Below are positions 1 through 7,192 of a stretch of 64,000 nucleotides of DNA, piece after piece (position 1 is the first letter of the stretch; each line of letters opens with the position of its first letter). This stretch comes from a virus. The stretch is from IMG/VR virus record IMGVR_UViG_3300049855_000609, positions 1 to 64,000 of that record; one strand, 5' to 3'. The translations under genes were made by a program, and so were the position numbers. Under the pieces are notes generated by a model. The model was not told where the DNA came from. It saw only the letters and a list, made by a program, of their open reading frames with translations, and searched no databases.

Positions 1-257
1 GCAGGGATATCCAGTACTGTGCCCACTGCCGGAGGTGTTGCCGCTTTCCCCTCTGCATCCACCATATCCTGGTAGAAGTAGCGGAATGTCGGGATATTAT
101 CCGTGGTGGTGCCTAACCCGGCAGGCAATACCTTCACCTTCTTCTCCCAATGCACGATGGCAATGGTGTACTGTGGTGTTTGGCTGGTTTTCGCGTCAGC
201 TTGCGCTCTTGGAGTTGTTACTTTAACAACCTCAAAAGGGATGGTAGTTCCGTTCAT
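1..257 (-). CDS. Hypothetical protein, 5' part only (runs off the left edge); first gene of the divergent minus-strand block
   Basis: Not in the ORF track because it has no stop in the window. ATG at 257 opens a stop-free frame MNGTTIPFEVVKVTTPRAQADAKTSQTPQYTIAIVHWEKKVKVLPAGLGTTTDNIPTFRYFYQDMVDAEGKAATPPAVGTVLDIP; the overlapping plus-strand ORFs look like low-complexity junk. Confidence 0.7.
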   Translation of the reverse strand, partial: MNGTTIPFEVVKVTTPRAQADAKTSQTPQYTIAIVHWEKKVKVLPAGLGTTTDNIPTFRYFYQDMVDAEGKAATPPAVGTVLDIP

Positions 258-279
258 AAGTATGAATGTCCAGTATTCG

Positions 280-780
280 AGGGGGGGTTTCATGTTACAC
301 TCTGGTCCCTCCCCCCACTGCCCTGTACCACACCCCTGTCCAGTACCATACACCACACCCACACCACACCAGGCACAGCACCGTACCCAGTACACATCCC
401 TACCCTAACCAGCTTCCTTCCTCCTCCCTCCCCTACACCATCCTATGATATAGTTTTCCCCCAGGAAATTCGAAGATACTTTACATACCCGGGGGGAGTT
501 TGTACTTTTCAAAATTAGGGGCCACTGATCTAAGGACACTCACTCTTTCGTAAACCCTTTCATAAACCTCACAAGCCCCCAAAATTTTTCCCCAAATTTT
601 TTGTGGAAAATTTTAAGATAGGAATGAACCTACCTATTCATTTTAATCTTAATTTTGTTTCAGATTCAGATACAAATGATAAAAGGTATTTTACTTAGGT
701 ATTATAAAGCAGGGGGGGATGGTGGCGTTAACGGGGTAGTTCTGTCCTGTTGGTTAGGTGGTGAGAATAAAGTGGGGGAT
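280..780. other. Divergent non-coding control region with GC-skew switch, G/C runs and AT-rich inverted repeats (candidate origin, genome end/pac or promoter region)
   Basis: Hand counts: 301-420 has 60 C vs 12 G; 961-1080 has 54 G vs 4 C. Inverted repeats AAAATTTTTCC..GGAAAATTTT (~581-613) and TTAAGAT-AATGAA..TTCATT-ATCTTAA (~612-652). Genes diverge on either side. Confidence 0.55.
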
Positions 781-782
781 CT

Positions 783-1121
783 ATGATATTAAGGAAGCAG
801 TTAAGGTTAAAGCGGCAGGGGTACTATGAGGTGCACTTGCAGCTGGTAAACGCGTTGTTGCCGGTAAAGCTGACACCCAAGGAGGTGGAGGTATTGGCGG
901 CATTCATGTCTTTGGATGGGGATATAGGGAGAGACAGGTTTGGTACTACGGCGAGGAAGATGATCAAGGAGAAGCTGGGGTTGAGTGATGGTGGGTTGGG
1001 GAATTATTTGAAGGCGTTGAAGGAGAAGGGATTTGTGAAGGATGGGGAGGTGAATAAGTTGTTGGGTGCAGATGAGAAGGAGCAGGTATATATTTTCAAA
1101 CTGGTAAATTTAGAACCATGA
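783..1121 (+). CDS. Winged-HTH DNA-binding protein (RepL-like in crAss-like phages)
   Basis: LTPKEVEVLAAF...RKMIKEKLGLSDGGLGNYLKALKEKGFV wHTH pattern; position at the head of the packaging-proximal gene block. Confidence 0.65.
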   Translation: MILRKQLRLKRQGYYEVHLQLVNALLPVKLTPKEVEVLAAFMSLDGDIGRDRFGTTARKMIKEKLGLSDGGLGNYLKALKEKGFVKDGEVNKLLGADEKEQVYIFKLVNLEP

Positions 1122-1396
1122 TACAGGATCAAATGATCAAAAATTACCTTAAGGTAAGGGCCAAGCTGAAAGAGTCCTGTAACCGGGGTTTGAATACCTG
1201 GGACTTTAAGATGAACGGGGAGAGCAAAAGTGTTTTATCACAGTGGATAGAGTTTTATGTAGAAAGGCTGGAGGACTTGCCAAAGTATATTGATACGAAC
1301 TATATTGGAGAGTATACGATAAGCTGGCGGGATATAGAGGAGGATCAAAATTCTTTTTCAAGGAGTCCATATCATCCAGGGAGGGTACAGTCATGA
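1118..1396 (+). CDS. Hypothetical protein
   Basis: ORF with ATGA overlaps at both ends (translational coupling). Confidence 0.6.
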   Translation: MIQDQMIKNYLKVRAKLKESCNRGLNTWDFKMNGESKSVLSQWIEFYVERLEDLPKYIDTNYIGEYTISWRDIEEDQNSFSRSPYHPGRVQS

Positions 1397-1600
1397 CAGA
1401 TAAGCCTGGAACAGACTCTCAGTTTTTTAAATTACACTTTGACAAAGATTATGGTCAGCTGGACTGTATTCTGTCCCAGAAAGTGAAGGTGATCTCAGAA
1501 CCAAAGAGGGGGGTGGAAGCTGATTTTCCAGTATCTGAGTTTTGGCCTGTACAAAGCTCCTTGGGATTATAAGGTAGAATTGATAAAAGATAAGATATGA
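1393..1600 (+). pseudogene. Small gene interrupted by a 1-nt frameshift in a G6 tract (1508-1513)
   Basis: ATG 1393 overlaps the upstream stop. As written the frame stops at 1572. Removing one G gives ...EPKRGWKLIFQYLSFGLYKAPWDYKVELIKDKI* with TGA 1598-1600 overlapping ATG 1597 of the next gene. Confidence 0.65.
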
Positions 1601-1995
1601 CAGAGCAGCAGTATTTTACACCGGAGCCTGAGGACTTCAGGATAGGTTTTGAGTTTGAAGCTCAGGATGAGGATAAAAAAGACTGGACAAAAACCAGGAT
1701 TAAATTTCAATCTGAGCTTTACAACTGGTTAGCTTTTAGTGATATACTGAAGTTCCGGGTTCCATATCTCACCCGGGAGCAGATAGAAGCTGAGGGTTGG
1801 ATTTTTGATGCACAGGTAACAAAAGCCAGTTCCAGATTTTATAAAGGTCTGCATGGAATATTCTTTAATCAAGAAACTTACAGGCTTCGTGTATGGGGAA
1901 AATGTACAGAACCTCAGATACAGATCTTTGATGGTACTTGCAGGTGCATAAATGATTTCAGATTAATTTCAAAGCTACTAAATTTGAATGTATGA
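1597..1995 (+). CDS. Hypothetical protein (common small Bacteroidota-phage family, YFTPEPEDFRIGFEFE...RVPYLTREQIEAEGW)
   Basis: ORF track; coupled overlaps; recognisable motif pattern. Confidence 0.7.
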   Translation: MTEQQYFTPEPEDFRIGFEFEAQDEDKKDWTKTRIKFQSELYNWLAFSDILKFRVPYLTREQIEAEGWIFDAQVTKASSRFYKGLHGIFFNQETYRLRVWGKCTEPQIQIFDGTCRCINDFRLISKLLNLNV

Positions 1996-2270
1996 CAGAG
2001 TTTGATTTCACCCGCGATGATGTAGGCTTTATGAGGAGGTCTATGACGGATCCTTTTTTGATAAGGAGGGATATCCCGATCTGGAAGAAGGCTTTTGATT
2101 ACTACAATGGGGTGATGCTGGAAAAAGATCCGGAGGTAAAGCCCCTCTCATTAAAGTGCCGGCCTTGTTATGGGAAGGTATTACAGTTTATAGCAGAGCA
2201 AGAGAGACAGCAGTATTTATTAACCATTAAAAACAAAGAAGATGATAGAGATCAGGAAGTCGGAGGATGA
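1992..2270 (+). CDS. Hypothetical CxxC protein
   Basis: LKCRPCYGKV motif; ATGA overlap. Confidence 0.65.
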   Translation: MTEFDFTRDDVGFMRRSMTDPFLIRRDIPIWKKAFDYYNGVMLEKDPEVKPLSLKCRPCYGKVLQFIAEQERQQYLLTIKNKEDDRDQEVGG

Positions 2271-2511
2271 TCAGTTCTATGCTGTGCATCTTGGGGACAA
2301 TGGGGAGCCTTTGGCTACTTCGGAGACGGTAGTAAAAAAGCAGAGTATCTGGAAGAACATTCTGGCCCAGGCTAAGGGGTTTGGGAAGCATTCTTGTTTT
2401 ACGGTGAGGGATGTTACCGGTAAGAGGATCCAGTTGTGGCTGGTAAAAAGTAAAAAGGCAGAGTGGGTAAGGACTTTGCTTCCTGCAAAAACTAAAATCA
2501 CCAAATTATGA
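2242..2511 (+). CDS. YegP/DUF1508-like protein
   Basis: IEIRKSEDDQFYAVHLGDNGEPLATSE matches the DUF1508 pattern (F.I.K..DG.FY......NGE.IA.SE). Confidence 0.65.
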   Translation: MIEIRKSEDDQFYAVHLGDNGEPLATSETVVKKQSIWKNILAQAKGFGKHSCFTVRDVTGKRIQLWLVKSKKAEWVRTLLPAKTKITKL

Positions 2512-2840
2512 TAGAAGTACACAAGACACCGCCGGTGGAGCTGATACAGAGGTATCTGTTCATTAACCTGTTCTACCACACTACCCCGGATGAGATCAAG
2601 AGGGTATTGGCTGAGAACAAGTTGTTTGGGAAATCGGATATGTTTTTGAGCTGGGAGACGGAGGATGGCAAGGAGACGGGGTTGGATTTTGAGTGGTTGT
2701 TGTTTGAGGCTCCGTTTGTACAGTTGAAGAACATTGCCAGTGCTATTCTGCATGACAAGGAGGCTATGAACTCGGAGTTGAAGGTGGCCCTGGATCTGAC
2801 AAGGGAAAAAGAAAAGGAAAAAGAAGGAGAGTCTTTATGA
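2508..2840 (+). CDS. Hypothetical protein
   Basis: ORF with ATGA coupling on both sides. Confidence 0.6.
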   Translation: MIEVHKTPPVELIQRYLFINLFYHTTPDEIKRVLAENKLFGKSDMFLSWETEDGKETGLDFEWLLFEAPFVQLKNIASAILHDKEAMNSELKVALDLTREKEKEKEGESL

Positions 2841-3217
2841 TGGACAGTGAGGATCTGATCCGTGAGTATTGGGACAGCATAAAGGAGAAGTATCCTGAGC
2901 TAAGTTATGAGGAGGTGAAAGAGATATGCCACAGTCCTTTTGTTTTTCTGAAGGATATGATGCAGAGGGAGGATCTCCCGGAGGTGAGGATGAAGTATTT
3001 AGGGGTTTTCCGCGTATATTTGAACCGGGCAAAGTATATTTTGGATCAGTTGGAGCAGAGGAAGACCAGTGGTTCAGTAGGACAGAGGATGAGTGATCAG
3101 AGAAGGGAGAGGTTCAGGGTTTCGGTAGAGAAATTTATAATTAAAACTGAAAACGATGAAAAGGGAGGTGACACCGGCCAACATCCTGGCCTACCTGCAG
3201 GGGAACCTGAGGTATAG
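2837..3217 (+). CDS. HU/IHF-like DNA-binding protein
   Basis: IKEKYPELSYEEVKEICHSPF..LKDMMQ..EVRMKYLGVFRV fits the HU/IHF fold; such genes are conserved in crAss-like phages. Confidence 0.65.
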   Translation: MMDSEDLIREYWDSIKEKYPELSYEEVKEICHSPFVFLKDMMQREDLPEVRMKYLGVFRVYLNRAKYILDQLEQRKTSGSVGQRMSDQRRERFRVSVEKFIIKTENDEKGGDTGQHPGLPAGEPEV

Positions 3218-3551
3218 GATCTACTACAGTCAGTGGTTTGGCTTTCTGATGAGAAGGCATATACGCCGGCAGATCAGGTTTCGGATAAATTTTATGGATA
3301 AGGACTGTTATGATGATGGGAGTTGTCGTATATGTGGGTGCAGTACTACGGCACTGCAGATGGCAAACAAGCCTTGTGATGGGGAGTGTTATCCGGAGAT
3401 GATGGATAAGGAGAGGTGGACAAAGTTCAGTCATGGTTATAAGACCAGGGATGAGCAGGGGTGGTGGGAGTGGATAAATCCAGCTACGGTGAAGCTGTTG
3501 AAGGAGAACGGGACAGTAAAAATGTTGAATTATGTGGCAAGAGACATCTAA
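3156..3551 (+). CDS. Cys-rich Zn-binding protein
   Basis: CYDDGSCRICGC...KPCDGECYP cysteine cluster. Confidence 0.7.
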   Translation: MKREVTPANILAYLQGNLRYRIYYSQWFGFLMRRHIRRQIRFRINFMDKDCYDDGSCRICGCSTTALQMANKPCDGECYPEMMDKERWTKFSHGYKTRDEQGWWEWINPATVKLLKENGTVKMLNYVARDI

Positions 3552-3852
3552 GAACATAGGAAAGGTAAAGCAGAATTCCAAAGCGGATATACTTTTTAAG
3601 TACCTGGGAGAGAAGAGGGTGGCCAGGGACCCGGTGCACCGTGGGTGGAGGATAACCACGAGTTGTGGCTGCAGTTCTGCGAAGTGGGATCCACAGAAAG
3701 GGGAGTTGACGGTGAGTTATGGCTCCGGGGAGATACCCAAGCATCTGACGATGAAGGGGCAGACCAGTTATACTACGATCAAATATATCACGGTGAACTG
3801 GGAGGATGGCACTTCAGACAAGCTGAGCTTTACAGTGGAGGTTACAAAATAA
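3532..3852 (+). CDS. DUF1573-like Ig-fold protein
   Basis: ITTSCGCSSA signature and beta-strand-rich sequence typical of Bacteroidota DUF1573. Confidence 0.65.
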   Translation: MWQETSKNIGKVKQNSKADILFKYLGEKRVARDPVHRGWRITTSCGCSSAKWDPQKGELTVSYGSGEIPKHLTMKGQTSYTTIKYITVNWEDGTSDKLSFTVEVTK

Positions 3853-3884
3853 AGGTTATATTTAAATCGTAAAATACATAAGTC

Positions 3885-4355
3885 ATGGCACTGATAACAA
3901 CTGAAGAATTGATAAAGAGGTATGGCAAGCCCACACAGACAGGGTCTCCCTATCTTGTTTCCCTGAAGCTTCCTTATCCGATGAGGCTGGCCTGGGATAC
4001 AAACACGAAGGTGAACAGCATCCGGTGTCACAAGCTGGTAGCAGACAGCCTGGGTAAGGTATTCGCGGAAATACTGGTAACCTATGGCCTTCCCAAGATA
4101 CAGGAACTGGGTATTGATCTGTTTGGTGGTTGTTTCAATTACCGGCAAATGAGGGGTGGCAGTGACTGGAGCCGGCATGCGTGGGGGGTAGCAGTTGACC
4201 TGGATCCGGAGAGGAACCAGCTGAAGGAGACCTCGGCTACGGCCAGGTTTGCGAGGCCGGAGTATAAAGCGATGATCGATATTTTTTACAAGTATGGTTT
4301 TATTTCCCTGGGCCGGGAGAAGAACTATGACTGGATGCACTTTCAGGTAAAATAG
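3885..4355 (+). CDS. Endolysin, M15-family (VanY/L-Ala-D-Glu) metallopeptidase
   Basis: FNYRQMRGG..SRHAWGVAVDLDP...DWMHFQ: SxHxxGxAxD and DxxH zinc motifs. Confidence 0.9.
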   Translation: MALITTEELIKRYGKPTQTGSPYLVSLKLPYPMRLAWDTNTKVNSIRCHKLVADSLGKVFAEILVTYGLPKIQELGIDLFGGCFNYRQMRGGSDWSRHAWGVAVDLDPERNQLKETSATARFARPEYKAMIDIFYKYGFISLGREKNYDWMHFQVK

Positions 4356-4361
4356 TAAACT

Positions 4362-4457
4362 ATGTGGTGGATGCTGATGTGGTGTTTCATACTGTTCTTT
4401 CTTATTTTCCTGATCACGGTGAACAAGAATAAGGAGACGGATTACGATAAAGACTGA
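4362..4457 (+). CDS. 31-aa single-transmembrane micro-protein
   Basis: MWWMLMWCFILFFLIFLITVNKNKETDYDKD*; fills the gap between the endolysin and the next gene; below the ORF-track cutoff. Confidence 0.6.
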   Translation: MWWMLMWCFILFFLIFLITVNKNKETDYDKD

Positions 4458-4459
4458 AT

Positions 4460-5017
4460 ATGGTAGAGTTATTCGAAGTGAGAGAGGAAGGAGTTGTGCC
4501 AACCAAAGAGGCACTGCTCATTTCTCCGTTTAAGGAGATATGGGAGAGAGACCCTTCTCCAAGGCATGATGTGGCTATGCAGGAGTTTGCCTACATAGAG
4601 TTCATGGTATCCCCCCGTAAGAGTAATCCCTTCCGGGACTATCCCATAGCAGTAAAATCTGACAAGATCATTCCCAGAGTGTTCCGGAATCAGCTGGACT
4701 GGTCCCCGGATGGATTAGTGGTCAGGGGGATAGAGGTGTATAATGAGTTCATGCATGAGGCTTCCGTGTCTATGGAATTCCTGGATGCAGCCCTGGGGGC
4801 TGCGGATACGGTGATAGAGTTCCTGAAGAACTTTGACCTGAATGAGAGGACAAGGTCAGGGATGCCGGTATATAAACCCAAGGATATAACCAGTGCACTC
4901 TCGGATGCAAGGGATGTGATCAAGACCCTGGAAGGGCTGAAAGCGGATGTGAACCAGGAATTATATGACAAGGCTAAAACGAAGAAGGATAGGGAGATTA
5001 ATGAATTTGAAAGATAG
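4460..5017 (+). CDS. Conserved crAss-like protein upstream of TerL (candidate small terminase subunit)
   Basis: EALLISPFKEIWERD...AMQEFAYIEFM resembles the conserved gene preceding terL in crAss-like phages; helical/coiled-coil C-terminus. TerS role is inferred from position. Confidence 0.55.
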   Translation: MVELFEVREEGVVPTKEALLISPFKEIWERDPSPRHDVAMQEFAYIEFMVSPRKSNPFRDYPIAVKSDKIIPRVFRNQLDWSPDGLVVRGIEVYNEFMHEASVSMEFLDAALGAADTVIEFLKNFDLNERTRSGMPVYKPKDITSALSDARDVIKTLEGLKADVNQELYDKAKTKKDREINEFER

Positions 5018-5019
5018 GT

Positions 5020-7161
5020 ATGCAGGTAGGAGCAGTAAGAAACCCGGATGGATACTTCATCAACACTGAATGCTTCCGTGAAGAAGCTAAGCACTTTATA
5101 AAGAATAAGAGGTACTGTGATGATCCCAGGGGGTCTCCGGCCTGGAGGGAATACTGGCAGGAGCAGTTGAAGAGGTGCACGGAAGGGTACTCTTCAGGAG
5201 GTGCCAGGATCACCGGCCATCATTATAACTACCTGAACTTTGCCCCTATACAGGTGGCTGAGGAGCTGTCGGAGAAGGTGGCCAGGAAGATACAGACCCT
5301 GCCTGACTTCTGGGATGGGGACTACAACTACTTCTGGGCGTTGGATATTGCCAGGTATGGGATCCTGGATACAGGCATTGTTTCTGATACGGAAAAGCTG
5401 AGGATAACCACTCTTCCCACAGAAGAGAAGGCCAGGGAGATGAAGAGATACTTTGAATCCCTTGGTTTGGAGATCAGGGTGGAGGCTGATCACCTGACAG
5501 GTGGCTTCCATGTGATAGTAGGAAAATCAAGACGGAAAGGTTACTCTTATAAGAATGGCGCCATCTGTGCCAATACCTATAATACGCGGAGAAATTCCCT
5601 GACCATCATCGGGGCCTTTGACAAGAAGTACCTGTATCCTAAGGGTACTATGGGTATGGCTTCTGACTACCTGAATTTCTACAATCAGTATACCGGGTGG
5701 GGAAAATCCCGGGAGTATGTAGATCAGATATCGCATAAGAAGGCATCTTTCAAGGAGGACTCTATTGAAAAGGGGTATCAGTCTGAGATCATGGCCATCA
5801 CCTTTAAGGATAATCCGGATGCTGCCCGGGGTAAGGATGCCACTTATGTACTGCTGGAGGAAGCCGGTAAGTTTCCCAACCTGGAGGCCAGCTACAATGC
5901 TACGGAGCCTGGCCTGACTGCCGGTAAGTACATGACAGGACAGATCATCATCTTCGGCACCGGTGGGGATATGGAGGATGGCACTGTGGACTTTGCCAAT
6001 ATGTTCTACAATCCCCTGTCCTTTAACCTGTTTCCGGTCACTAATATCTGGGATGAGAACGCGGAGAACACCAAATGTGGTTTTTTCCATCCGGTATACA
6101 TGAACATGGAAGGCTTCTATGACAGCAACGGGAATTCGGATAAGGAAGGGGCTGCAGCTTATGAGCAGAGTGTAAGAGACAAGATCATCAAAAGCTCTCC
6201 CAACTCTTCTGTGGCCATACAAAGAAGGGTGCAGGAGTATTGTAACAAGCCATCAGAGGCTTTCCTCACCGTGAACTTCAACAACCTTCCCATAGTGGAG
6301 CTTCGAAACAGGCTCAACATGATAGTGAGGGAGAACATACATCTGATCAAAGGACAGCCATGCTGGCTACTGAAAGGGGAAGACGGCATAGTGAGGGCTA
6401 AGCCGGATTTGAAAGGGGAGCTGACACCTATCTGGTTTCACCGGCCTAAGACCCAGGACACCACCGGTGCTGTGGTTGTATATGAGAACCCGGTGGAGAA
6501 TGCACCAAGGGGGCTTTACAAGATAGGCTATGACCCTTACCGGCAGGACCTGGGAACTTCCCTGGCCAGCATCATTGTGTATAAAGGGTTTCATAAATAC
6601 TCCCATTCCCGCAACAAGATCGTGGCAGAGTACATAGGGAGGCCGGGAGATCCTGATGATGTGAACAGGATAGCCGAGCAGTTAGCGGAGATGTACAATA
6701 CCCAGGTGATGTATGAGAATGAGGTGACGCATGTGAAAACTTATTTTCAGAGGAGAAAGAAACTGCACCTGCTGGCAGAACAGCCGGACAGAGTGATCAG
6801 CAAGAACATTAAGGAGAGTAAGGTGGCCCGGGTATATGGTTGTCACATGACAGACCAGCTCAAAGATGCCGGAGAGAAATACATCAAAACCTGGCTGTTA
6901 ACGGAGACGGATGTGGATGAGAATGGGGATACCCACACCATTATCGATACTTTAGAATCTCCGGGGTTAATAGAAGACTTGATTTTGTTTAATAGAAAAG
7001 GTAACTTTGACAGGACTATGTCTCTGATGATGGTCATGTTTCAGATAGAAGAGGAAGAACTGGGCAAGCAATATGGATCCAGGGAAGACTCCGGGAAGCT
7101 GAAAGAGAGTATCTTATTGTTAGAGCAGCAGCAGTTCAGAAAAAACACCAGTTTCAGATGA
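5020..7161 (+). CDS. terL: Terminase large subunit
   Basis: Walker A GKSRRKGYSY, Walker B VLLEEAGKF, GTGG coupling motif, RNase H nuclease IGYDPY and GNFDR. Confidence 0.95.
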   Translation: MQVGAVRNPDGYFINTECFREEAKHFIKNKRYCDDPRGSPAWREYWQEQLKRCTEGYSSGGARITGHHYNYLNFAPIQVAEELSEKVARKIQTLPDFWDGDYNYFWALDIARYGILDTGIVSDTEKLRITTLPTEEKAREMKRYFESLGLEIRVEADHLTGGFHVIVGKSRRKGYSYKNGAICANTYNTRRNSLTIIGAFDKKYLYPKGTMGMASDYLNFYNQYTGWGKSREYVDQISHKKASFKEDSIEKGYQSEIMAITFKDNPDAARGKDATYVLLEEAGKFPNLEASYNATEPGLTAGKYMTGQIIIFGTGGDMEDGTVDFANMFYNPLSFNLFPVTNIWDENAENTKCGFFHPVYMNMEGFYDSNGNSDKEGAAAYEQSVRDKIIKSSPNSSVAIQRRVQEYCNKPSEAFLTVNFNNLPIVELRNRLNMIVRENIHLIKGQPCWLLKGEDGIVRAKPDLKGELTPIWFHRPKTQDTTGAVVVYENPVENAPRGLYKIGYDPYRQDLGTSLASIIVYKGFHKYSHSRNKIVAEYIGRPGDPDDVNRIAEQLAEMYNTQVMYENEVTHVKTYFQRRKKLHLLAEQPDRVISKNIKESKVARVYGCHMTDQLKDAGEKYIKTWLLTETDVDENGDTHTIIDTLESPGLIEDLILFNRKGNFDRTMSLMMVMFQIEEEELGKQYGSREDSGKLKESILLLEQQQFRKNTSFR

Positions 7162-7192
7162 TGATATTTCCTAATTTCTCAAACACTAAAAC

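Noticed and set aside
35-518. Plus-strand ORFs 35-226, 103-408, 150-518, 266-448
   Set aside because: Pro/His/Thr low-complexity translations of the C-rich non-coding region, antisense to the more plausible minus-strand gene starting at 257.
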